A stretch of 35,588 nucleotides of DNA, taken from positions 1-35,588 of the IMG/VR virus record IMGVR_UViG_3300038679_000136. One strand, written 5' to 3'. Shown in pieces: positions 26,068 through 35,588 of this stretch. A program made the translations under genes and the position numbers. The stretch's first letter is position 1; each line of letters starts with the position of its first letter. This DNA comes from a virus. Its lineage: Duplodnaviria; Caudoviricetes. The notes below the pieces were generated by a model. It ran no database searches. It was not told the origin of the DNA and saw nothing but the letters and a program-made list of their open reading frames with translations.

Positions 26068-26730
26068 ATGCCACGCAAGCACAACATCCACGCGGCGCTG
26101 TCCGCGCTCTGCATCGCCGCCGTCGTCGCCATGACCGGTTGCTCCACACTCACGCGCCTCGGCATCGGCGAGGACGCGACGGTCGCCGCCGTGCGGCTTG
26201 CGCTCACGCGCCAGGGCCTTGCCGGCGCCGTGACCGACGCGCAGGTCCGAGAGATCGCGAACGTCGTGAAGGCGAACGAGCGGCTGCAGCAGATCGGAGA
26301 GGAGGTCGCCGCGGACGCCCGCGTCCAGGCGAAGATCGACGAGTTGGTCGCCAAATACATGGAGGACGGCGCCGTCGTCGACCCCGCCGCCACCAACGAA
26401 CCGATCCACGAGCTGGCCCTCACGGTCACGTCGCTGACGGCCGACACGGTCAAGTTCGACTGGGCTCCGAAAGTCTACGCGTGGCCGGTCAAGGTCGTCG
26501 GCGCCGAGTGCGACGCGGTCCTCGAAATGAGGCTCGCGAACGGCCAGGGCGGCAAGGTGGACTGGATCCGCAAAGGCGGACAGTCGAGCAAGGGCCTGGA
26601 AAACATCCACGACGGCTACGGCGTGTGGAAGACGCTCGGCGTTCCCGGATCGGGCGAGCCGGTGACGTTCCGATGGGTGTCCGTCGACGGCAAGCGGCGC
26701 AGCAACGACGCCGCGGCGGTGTGGCCGTGA
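26068..26730 (+). CDS. Lipoprotein
   Basis: Basic n-region, hydrophobic h-region and lipobox-like MTG|C. Confidence 0.75.
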   Translation: MPRKHNIHAALSALCIAAVVAMTGCSTLTRLGIGEDATVAAVRLALTRQGLAGAVTDAQVREIANVVKANERLQQIGEEVAADARVQAKIDELVAKYMEDGAVVDPAATNEPIHELALTVTSLTADTVKFDWAPKVYAWPVKVVGAECDAVLEMRLANGQGGKVDWIRKGGQSSKGLENIHDGYGVWKTLGVPGSGEPVTFRWVSVDGKRRSNDAAAVWP

Positions 26731-26936
26731 TCTCGCCCAGGGCAACAGACCGCGCGGCATCCGCCGCGATGGCCGCCGCGGTCGCGGCCTTGGTTTCCTT
26801 GGCGATGCAGTCGTGCTCCGGCTGCATCGGCGTCGTCGAGTGGGGCGACCCGGGCGACGGCGTCCCCGTCGAGTTTGCCGGGCCCGCCGCCGCGACCGAG
26901 CTCGAAGCCGCCCTGTACCCGGAGGCCACGCCATGA
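26727..26936 (+). CDS. Small putative lipoprotein/membrane peptide (69 aa)
   Basis: GTGA and ATGA overlaps. Hydrophobic stretch then QSCSGC. Confidence 0.45.
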   Translation: MISPRATDRAASAAMAAAVAALVSLAMQSCSGCIGVVEWGDPGDGVPVEFAGPAAATELEAALYPEATP

Positions 26937-27460
26937 CTCCCGCCGCATCCGCCGCGCTGCTCGCCCTCGCCCGCAAGATCGACGCCGCGCCGCTCGCCAC
27001 GCTGTACCGGCTGACCCGCAACTACACGCTGCCCCCGTCGCCGCGCCTGCTGGAGATCACCGGCGGCCGCGACGTGTCCGTGACCGGCGACGCCGATCCC
27101 GGGCTGCGCATCCATCCCGACGGGAGCATGACGGTCTACGCCCCGTTCGCATGGGACGGCTGCAGCCCGCGCGCGGCGGTCCGCTTCATGGGCCGCGTCG
27201 TGATGACGGTCGGCACGCCCAACGGCCCGCGGCTGCCCGGCGGCATCCGCGCCGCCACGCGGGGCGGGATGCTCCACGACCGCGTCTGCTCGCTGGCCGA
27301 GAAGATCGCCGGGGTCCTCGGCATCCAGCCGTGGCGGGTCTACGCCGCGGCCGACCTGCTGATGCTCGACGTGGTCTCCGAGGATTGGTCGCCCCGCGCG
27401 GGGCGGTTCTACTACTGGTTCGTGTCCCGCTTCGGCGACGCCTACCGCTCCTTCGGCTGA
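26933..27460 (+). CDS. DUF1353-like protein
   Basis: FAWDGCS, LHD, AD and YYWFVSRFG motifs. Confidence 0.7.
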   Translation: MTPAASAALLALARKIDAAPLATLYRLTRNYTLPPSPRLLEITGGRDVSVTGDADPGLRIHPDGSMTVYAPFAWDGCSPRAAVRFMGRVVMTVGTPNGPRLPGGIRAATRGGMLHDRVCSLAEKIAGVLGIQPWRVYAAADLLMLDVVSEDWSPRAGRFYYWFVSRFGDAYRSFG

Positions 27461-27470
27461 CCGTCCCCAC

Positions 27471-27505
27471 TTCTGCCTTTTGCCTTCATCCTCCATCCTT
27501 TCCCC
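27471..27505 (+). repeat. Heptamer tandem repeat, family A
   Basis: TTCTGCC TTTTGCC TTCATCC TCCATCC TTTCCCC abutting ATG 27506. Confidence 0.8.
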
Positions 27506-28738
27506 ATGCCCTACGACCTGCCACGCGTCCCGCTCCCGACCGGTGCCTCCAGCTCCGACCTCGCGCGGCTGCCCTCGGAGCTCCGCCGCCAGGCGCTCTT
27601 CTCCGCGCGGCTCAACCGGCTGGAGCCCGTCGCGGAGATCGGCGCGTCCATCAAGGGCATCCTCGACGGCCAGCTGTCCGACTCCGAGGCGCGGACCAAC
27701 ATCCGCTCCGTCCTCGCCGCGACCGGCTACCGCCCCCCGGCAGGCCGGGAGGGCGGCCTGCTCGACCACACCAGCCGCACGCGCCTCGACCTGATCCTGA
27801 CGCAGAACGTCCGCGCCGCGCGCGGCTACGGCAAGTGGGCCGCGGACATGGACCCCGACCTGCTCGACGTCTGGCCCGCCCAGGAGCTGGTCCGCGTGAT
27901 GGCCCGCAAGGCCCCGCGCGGGGACTGGCAGACGCGGTGGGAGGAGGCGGGCGGGACGTTGGTCGAGGGGCGCATGGCGGCCCTCAAGACGAGCCCCGTG
28001 TGGGCGAGCCTCAGCCGCTTCGGCCAGCCCTTCCCCCCGTACGACTACGGCAGCGGCATGGGCGTCCGCGACGTCCGCCGCGACGAGGCCGAGCGCCTTG
28101 GGCTCATCGGCCCCGACGACACGCTCACCCCCGAGCCCGTCCCGTTCCCGGACATGGCCGAGGCCCGCATGCCGGACCTCGCCGGCATGGACGCGCTGCA
28201 AGCCTCCATCCTCAAGGTGTTCGGCGAGGGCGCGAGCTTCGACGGCGGCTCGCTGACGCTGGCTCCGAAGCTCGGCGTCCCCGCCACGGGCGACGCGGCG
28301 TCTCTGCGGCTCGGCCCGCTGGGCGCCGCGACCGTCAAGCCGGCGCCGCCGCTCGTCGGCCCGAAGGAGGCGCGCGGCCTGGTCTCCAGCGGCCAGGCCA
28401 ACGCGAAGGCGCCGGACGGCACCGTGGTCCGGTTCTCCGGCGACGTCGAGGCCCACTGGCGCCGCAAGAAATACACCGACGCCGCGGTCGACGCGCGCCT
28501 CGCCCACATCCGCCACGCGTTCGCCGCCGTCCGCGAACCCCAGGAGGTCTGGGAACGCGAGGGATCCAGGTGGTACCTGCGGGAGTTCGAGCCCGGAGCG
28601 GACGGCAGGCGGCTGCGCATCCTCGTGCAGACCCGCGTCGACGGCGAGGCGTTGACGTGGATTCCCGTCAACCAGAAGCCCGGCTACTTCGAGCGGAAAA
28701 GAACGGGCACCCTCCTAACGAAGGAGGGCGCCCTATGA
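27506..28738 (+). CDS. MuF (gp30)-like minor head protein with C-terminal PBECR-like nuclease domain
   Basis: RLDLILTQNVRAARGYG and PFPPYDYGSGM are MuF-like. The C-terminus AHW...R...I...VREPQEVW...YLREF...LTW...YFERKRTG is PBECR-like. Confidence 0.75.
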   Translation: MPYDLPRVPLPTGASSSDLARLPSELRRQALFSARLNRLEPVAEIGASIKGILDGQLSDSEARTNIRSVLAATGYRPPAGREGGLLDHTSRTRLDLILTQNVRAARGYGKWAADMDPDLLDVWPAQELVRVMARKAPRGDWQTRWEEAGGTLVEGRMAALKTSPVWASLSRFGQPFPPYDYGSGMGVRDVRRDEAERLGLIGPDDTLTPEPVPFPDMAEARMPDLAGMDALQASILKVFGEGASFDGGSLTLAPKLGVPATGDAASLRLGPLGAATVKPAPPLVGPKEARGLVSSGQANAKAPDGTVVRFSGDVEAHWRRKKYTDAAVDARLAHIRHAFAAVREPQEVWEREGSRWYLREFEPGADGRRLRILVQTRVDGEALTWIPVNQKPGYFERKRTGTLLTKEGAL

Positions 28739-28841
28739 GCCTGGAAGAACGGACATCCCCGTCCCAGGCGCCCGGAGCCGCGCGCATCGGCGGATGCGCC
28801 CCGCGCGGTCGATTGGCGCATATCCTACCAAAGGCGCGGCC

Positions 28842-29452
28842 ATGGACGCAATGAACATCCAGGTCAACGTCGACGCCCGCGCGGCCGTCGCGGTCCTGCG
28901 GGACGCCCGCGGCGTCATGCAGGCGCGCGAGGCCGCACACAAGGTCGCGGCCAGCGCGGTCGGCCGCCAGGTGCGCGGCTGGTTCCTCGACCGCAACGCG
29001 CGGTCGCAGACGTCCAACTACTGGAGCCGCGCCGCCGAGGCGACGACGGCGGAGTGGGACGCGGCCGGCGGCGCGGTCGTCGTGCGGCATCCCGGCGTCG
29101 GCTGGCACCTCCGGGGCGGCACGATCGTCCCCTCCGGCCGCGTCAGCCCGGCGACGGGCAAGCCCGTGACGACGCTCGCGATCCCGCTCAAGGGCCGCTC
29201 CGGCGAGGGCATCTGGCCACGCGAGCGCTTCCAGGACGACGCGGAAAAACCATTCGTCTGGCGCCGCAGCGGCAAGGCGTTCCTCGCCGTCCGCGAGGGC
29301 AACGCGCTGCGGCTCCTGTACCTGCTGGTCAAGTCCGTCTCCAAGGGCGAGGACCCGTCCGTCCTGCCGCCCGGCCCGGAGATGGCGGCCGAGGCCGCCC
29401 AAGCCGTCCTGCTCCTGGTCCGTCGCACGCTGCGTCAAAGAATGAAGGCCAC

Positions 29453-29456
<4 letters not shown>
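28842..29456 (+). CDS. Virion morphogenesis protein (Mu gpG/gp31-like)
   Basis: Basic protein with HLRGGTIVP and LAIP, directly after MuF. Confidence 0.6.
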
Positions 29457-30870
<1,414 letters not shown>

Positions 30871-30874
<4 letters not shown>

Positions 30875-32793
30875 GCGTGGCCTGGCAAGTCAAGATAGGC
30901 TCCGGTTCGCTTGCGGCCGCCGCGACCCTCGGCATCGAGGACGTCGCCCTGGACTATGCGTCCCGGTCCGCCGACTCGTGCGTGCTCACCGGATCCGCCG
31001 CCGTGCTCGACCCCACCTTCGGCGACGTTGTCGAAGTGTGGTGGGGCACGCCGGCCGTGCGCCGGTTCGTGGGCTCGATCGGTCCTTCCACGCGGATCGG
31101 CGCAGCCGACAGGCAGGTCCTCTGCCACGGCCTGTGGCACGACATGGAGCGCGTCGTCTACTGCCAGCGCTGGCGCATCTCGGTCGACGGCGCACTCCAG
31201 TGGGTCTACAGCTCCCGCGCCATCCTCGGGCAGGCCGAGACCGGAGACTGGCCCCGCCGCCAGAACGTGGGGCAGACCGTCGCCGCCGTCGTCGCGTACG
31301 CAGCCCTGCGCGGCGTCGCGATCCAGCTCGGGGCCTGCTCCGTCGACATGGTGCTTCCGCTCGACGAGGTGCGCGACGTCACATGCTCCGCCGCGATCGA
31401 CCGCGTGCTGCGCTTCGCCCCGTCGCTTTGCTCGTGGTTCGATTACTCGACTACCCCGCCGACGCTGCACTTTGGTTTGGGCTCCGCCGTCGGCACGGTG
31501 CCCGTCGAGGACCGCCAGATCTCGCTGCGCCACGACCTCGTCGTCCCCGGCGTCCGCCTCGAGGTCGAGACGACGACGGACACTCCGTCCGGATCTCTGC
31601 GCGTCCTGACGTTCCAGGAGGCTGGCGACGCCGACGCGCTCGGCGCCGTCTGGGCTACGGTGCCGTTGTCCGGGGGCCAGACGTCCCGGACCAAGTCAGA
31701 GCTCGACGTCGTCACCGAGCCCGTGCCCGACCCGCTCGACGACGCCGCATGGTGGATCGCGCGCCATCCCCGCCTGCGCGGCATCGCCGAAGTGGATTTG
31801 TCGTTCATTCAGACCACGCGAAGCTTTGTCGATCCGGCGGACTACCCCCGAATCAGCCTCACGCCGCTGGCCGACCTGGAGGGGCATTCGCTGCGCGGCC
31901 GCGTGGAGACGTTCCGGGCAACCGTGGACATCGTCAAGCGCGACGAGACGGGCAACGTCCTTACCCAGGAACACGCCGTCCATCTCGACCTCGACCTCGT
32001 CACCACCGACGCCAACACGCGCAACTACAGCCGGGTGGACAGCGTCGACTTCGAGGAGGCGGAGACGATCCCCGCCGACTTCGCCGCGCAGTTGTATGCT
32101 CGCTGGTCGGTCCTGTACGCCGAGGGCTCGTCCGTGTGGCCGCTGGCGGCCGCGTGGCCGCACCCGGGCGCGCTGATGCACGAGACGCCCCTGCAGCGCG
32201 TTTCCGTCTCGGCCAAGGCCATGACGGCATCGGGCACCTACGGTCCGCCCCAGCATCTCAGCGCCTCCGACCTTGCCGCGTTTCTCAACCGCTTTCGCCA
32301 GCGCGTCGCGTCCCGGCGCGCGCAAGCCCGCGAAGACGGCAAGCAGCCCGCCGACTCCGTGCGCGACGCCAACGCCGTCGCGCCCGTCAAGGCCGGCGGC
32401 CACGCCGACGGAGCCCCGACCAGGACGCGCATGGTGCAGGGCCTCAGCAGCGCCGCCAAGACCATCGACCTCGACCCCGCGCTGCTCGACGACGGCAAGA
32501 CCGCCAAGCCGCGCGTCATCTCTTTCCTCGACGCCGAAGGCAACCCGGCGCATGCGACGTTTATTGCCACCGCCGACGAGGCCGGCGAAGCCGAGGACCC
32601 GTCGGCCCCCGTCCCCGGCGACCCCGACTATCCTCCCCCCTGCGGACACCCCGGCAACGGCGGCGGCGGCGGCGGCGGTTCGGAAGACTTGGCACACCCC
32701 GGCGACGAGCCTGGCGGTGGCCCCGGCGTGACAGACACCGACCACCCCGGCGACGAGCCCAGCCCGCCCTCCAGCGGCGACGCCTGCGACTAA
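30871..32793 (+). CDS. Tail-tip/hub-like protein (640 aa)
   Basis: Follows the tape measure. VEVW...RRFVGSI and AIDRVLRF...WFDY...TLHF resemble hub proteins. Low-complexity C-terminus. Confidence 0.6.
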
Positions 32794-32805
32794 GGAGCGA
32801 CCCCC

Positions 32806-34200
32806 ATGGCTACCACGATCACCTACCACCGCACGACCCGCCACGTCCTCCAGGGGCGCACGCCGATCCCCGTTTCCGTGACGGCCATGGACGCGGCCCT
32901 TTCCGCGGCCTACGCCGCCATGGCCGCCGCCGCGTGGCGCCCCGCGTCGTCGCTGACTTCCAATCTTCCGCGGCACGACTGGCAGCAGACCGGAACTTCC
33001 GACGCCTACGACGCCTATGCGTACTGCGGCGACTACGACACCGACCTCCGCACCCAGCACGCCTACATGGGCGCCGTCGACTACTGCCTCAAGACCCCCA
33101 CGTCCGCCTCCGCGAAGAACATCGTCTCGGTGCAGGCCACGCTGCATGGAGACCGCTGGCTGGCAGACGGCGCCAAGGTGTCGGTCATCCCCTCGGCGAG
33201 CGCCACGCCCCCCACGTGGGCACAGGTGCTCGCTGCGACGACTCAGAGCGCCGCCGTCATGGCCGTCGTCCCCGGCAACACCGGCCCCGACAGCACCTAC
33301 GCACTGGACATCGACCTGCCCGCCTTGACCAACGTCACGGCCTACATCCACGTGGTGCTGCGCCTTGCCAGCTATGCCACCCGCCGCGGCGCGTGGATCG
33401 AGGGCGGCGCGATGCTCGATGCCTCGACGCTGCAAGTGGAATATACCGGCACAGTCACCGCCGACGCGGCGGAGAGCATCGGTGCCGTGTCGCTCCTGTC
33501 GGCTGCCTCATGGCTGCCCAACGAAGATGCGGGTTTTTTAAAGTGCATCAGCTCACTGGGCTATGCTCCGTACATGTCGCTGGTCGCGACGGCTGCGGAG
33601 TGGCGTGCAGTGATGTACGACTATACGTTTGGTAGCGCCCAGTCCAGGGGGGATGATTACACGGTCGGAGCGACAATCTTCAGCTCCGGGGCGGGTTACA
33701 ATAACGCGCGGGTTTTCGGACGTGCGTTCACTCGGAGTTTCTATTTCTACCGCACGTGTTCGGTGTTGGGCGTGTCGTGGGCTACGGCATTCGCGCCGGC
33801 ATCGGGCAGCCCTTTCTCGTATCGCCTCACGGCATACGCTCTAGGGCAGGTCTACAGCTCCGGAGGGTATCGCATCAATCCAAGCCCGTCATACATGCAT
33901 TACAACAGCGCGGATGACGGAGCCTGGGCACTGTTGGATGGCCGCGCTTCGGAGATTTCCACGAAGGCCGTCACTGGCTTTACGTCTCCCGTTCGCACGT
34001 ATTCCGTACTGGCGTCCGCGTCGGTGGAGGTGCTGCCTGGCACGTCGGTGTCGTCCCTGCCCTTGACCGTGCCCGATGCGGATACCCTGACGTGTCTGGT
34101 AATTGCGACTCCATTGCGCATGCTGAGCCTACCCGGAACCGGGATTGGAGATTATGTGACGACGTGGAATCAGGGCGTCGTGAGTGCGACCGTGCGGTAG
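32806..34200 (+). CDS. Putative receptor-binding/tail protein (464 aa)
   Basis: TAAGGAG RBS, Ser/Thr/Tyr beta-rich, distal position, with an A/T-richer 3' half. Confidence 0.55.
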   Translation: MATTITYHRTTRHVLQGRTPIPVSVTAMDAALSAAYAAMAAAAWRPASSLTSNLPRHDWQQTGTSDAYDAYAYCGDYDTDLRTQHAYMGAVDYCLKTPTSASAKNIVSVQATLHGDRWLADGAKVSVIPSASATPPTWAQVLAATTQSAAVMAVVPGNTGPDSTYALDIDLPALTNVTAYIHVVLRLASYATRRGAWIEGGAMLDASTLQVEYTGTVTADAAESIGAVSLLSAASWLPNEDAGFLKCISSLGYAPYMSLVATAAEWRAVMYDYTFGSAQSRGDDYTVGATIFSSGAGYNNARVFGRAFTRSFYFYRTCSVLGVSWATAFAPASGSPFSYRLTAYALGQVYSSGGYRINPSPSYMHYNSADDGAWALLDGRASEISTKAVTGFTSPVRTYSVLASASVEVLPGTSVSSLPLTVPDADTLTCLVIATPLRMLSLPGTGIGDYVTTWNQGVVSATVR

Positions 34201-34223
34201 TCTAAAAATGAAAGGGAGGCGTC

Positions 34224-34619
34224 ATGCCTAGTCTTACACTGAATGTGTCTGCGGTTCATGAGGCGGCAGGCGGGAGCCTGGCGCTCGCGACGGGCAATCT
34301 GGTCGTCGCGGATTTGCTCGAGTCCTCGGTGAGGGCCAATCTCGAGTTTGACACTCCGGAAACGCCCAAGGCCATACCCTCCGATGCCATTGGCGACCCC
34401 GACATGCTGGTCGTCTGGCATTCGGCTGGCTCGGGCGGGATTGAGTTGGGATACATGGTGGACGCCGCTTTCGTGTCGTCCGGCCAAACCGTGCGCCCTG
34501 GTCGGTGCCTGATCGTGGACCTCACGGGATTTACTGGGGAGCCGTACGCGCAGATGGCCGCCGACGGCTCCGGAGCCACCATCAGCTGTCTGCTTCTCCG
34601 CAAACCGACGCCACTGTAG
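34224..34619 (+). CDS. Hypothetical protein, last prophage gene
   Basis: GGGAGG RBS, 131 aa. Confidence 0.6.
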   Translation: MPSLTLNVSAVHEAAGGSLALATGNLVVADLLESSVRANLEFDTPETPKAIPSDAIGDPDMLVVWHSAGSGGIELGYMVDAAFVSSGQTVRPGRCLIVDLTGFTGEPYAQMAADGSGATISCLLLRKPTPL

Positions 34620-34680
34620 CCCGTGCCTATCCCGGTTCTCCGATGCGTCGTCCATGCAGGTTGTGTTGTACCTGCGTCAT

Positions 34681-34708
34681 TCTGTGTCAATCCGTCTGGC
34701 GTGATACT
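34681..34708 (-). repeat. Right end, imperfect inverted repeat of the left end
   Basis: Reverse complement AGTATCACGCCAGACGGATTGACACAGA versus left AGCAGGGAGACGGACGGTGTGACACACG. TGACACA lies at offset 20-26 at both ends. Confidence 0.8.
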
Positions 34709-34712
34709 GGGC
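34709..34712 (+). repeat. Right target-site duplication GGGC
   Basis: Matches 1969-1972. Confidence 0.8.
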
Positions 34713-35167
34713 TGCAACGAAGCGTGGCAATGAACGATGTCCACCCAATCCCGCACCTCCGCCCGGCCAACCAAGGCGAGGACCTTGTTGGTGGCCAGAT
34801 CAAACGGGTGCAATGCCAATCCGAAGTCGGGATGCTCGACGAGCGGGAAGAAGCGGAAGGCGCTGTCCTGCACCCACTGCAAGATCACTCCGTCCGCGCC
34901 CATCCTCACCTCGGCTTCCACGAATGTCGGGAACTCGCGAAGCGACCGCACGTCGTGGCCATCGCGCAAGAGAGCCTGACGGTCGGCCGCCCAAGAAGCG
35001 AGAACAGCGTCCGCGGCGTCGTGAAACAAATCAACATCGTGCGAGACGCGGGGTGCCGCCAGCAGTTCGTTGAGGGCGGCGCCTCCGGCAACATACTGCT
35101 CTCCGCGCGAAACGCGTTCCGCCGCCAGAAGGCGGCATACGCGGCGTTGGTAGGCGGTTAGAGACAT
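34709..35167 (-). pseudogene. 5' half of host AbiEii-like nucleotidyltransferase
   Basis: YVAGGAAL, RVSHDVDLF, DLATNKVLAL and RDWVD are DNA pol beta-like NTase toxin motifs. Truncated after LQP (codon 153). Confidence 0.85.
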
Positions 35168-35379
35168 TTCTGCAGTTTCCGGGCGAGCACGAAGGTGGCG
35201 CGGTCCCCATGCCGGGCCATGAGCAGCAAGCACCGAGCCAAGTCGTCTCGTGTTTCGGGTACCAGATCGCCACGGATAAACCAACCGCAGCGCAGCCGGT
35301 TGCGTTCCCAGAGCGCCTGAATTTCCTTCCGGACGTCCGCCGGGGCGGCATCCGGGCTCGTAAGCGATGAACCTTCCAT
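35158..35379 (-). CDS. Small putative antitoxin partner (73 aa)
   Basis: Overlaps the NTase start. Pattern CGWFIR.D...L..MARHGD. Role inferred from gene pairing. Confidence 0.55.
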   Translation of the reverse strand: MEGSSLTSPDAAPADVRKEIQALWERNRLRCGWFIRGDLVPETRDDLARCLLLMARHGDRATFVLARKLQKCL

Positions 35380-35588
35380 GACACGACGCAGTGTACCGCA
35401 AGTCGGTTTCGCGGACAAGCACGGTCCCTCGGCGCCGCGTATTCGGTCGACCGGGGTGTGCGCGTTATAGCGGAAGAGGGATCGCATGAGTGTGCGGCAA
35501 GCTCTTGCCGCTTTCCCACGGGGCGAGCTCTCGCCCCGACAGAAAGAGCCCAAAGACAGCCCGAGGTGCCGGCCGCAAGAGCTTGCGG

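Noticed and set aside
7754-27505. CRISPR array or tRNA/rRNA genes
   Set aside because: The repeats are 7-8-nt tandem units without spacers. No cas genes or cloverleaf structures were noticed.
34256-35422. 388-aa intact nucleotidyltransferase ORF
   Set aside because: After LQP it reads into the prophage end, antisense to the last phage gene. The true C-terminus is at 1968-1609.
35494-35588. Nested palindromes in the host flank (GCGGCAAG-CT-CTTGCCGC, GGGCGAG-CT-CTCGCCC, GCAAGAGCTTGC)
   Set aside because: Possibly a REP/MITE-like host repeat, but it is single-copy here and cut by the window edge, so it cannot be supported.

Overview
GC-rich bacterial chromosome segment holding an apparently complete 32,736-bp Mu-like transposable prophage at 1973-34708. 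Its ends can be placed to the base because it splits one host gene, an AbiEii-like nucleotidyltransferase (5' half 35167-34709, 3' half 1968-1609). The halves rejoin in frame as ...HASLQP|FGYLAW... across a GGGC duplication. The host flanks carry a short PurH-like gene (left) and a small antitoxin-like gene (right). The prophage has a leftward early operon (two Lar-like genes, Cro/Ner-like, DUF3164, DUF3102, MuA-like, MuB-like), a central divergent XRE repressor, and a rightward late operon (terminase, DUF935 portal, protease/scaffold, capsid, gp36-like, tail tube, displaced MuF-nuclease and gpG-like, short tape measure, tail proteins). I recognised no sheath, endolysin, holin, gin or mom. Three features stand out. 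(1) The transposition module is non-canonical: AG...CT ends with a 4-bp duplication instead of TG...CA with 5 bp, an apparent D-E-E triad in MuA, and a Walker B reading DN in MuB. (2) A block of late genes encodes signal-peptide, membrane or lipoproteins whose Asn residues mostly follow Ser/Thr (26 of 36, versus 1 of 22 in terminase plus capsid), suggesting virion parts exported and modified by the host. (3) Two families of heptamer tandem repeats sit at gene junctions. All family calls are from motif recognition by eye, with no database search. A PVC-superphylum host is only a guess.
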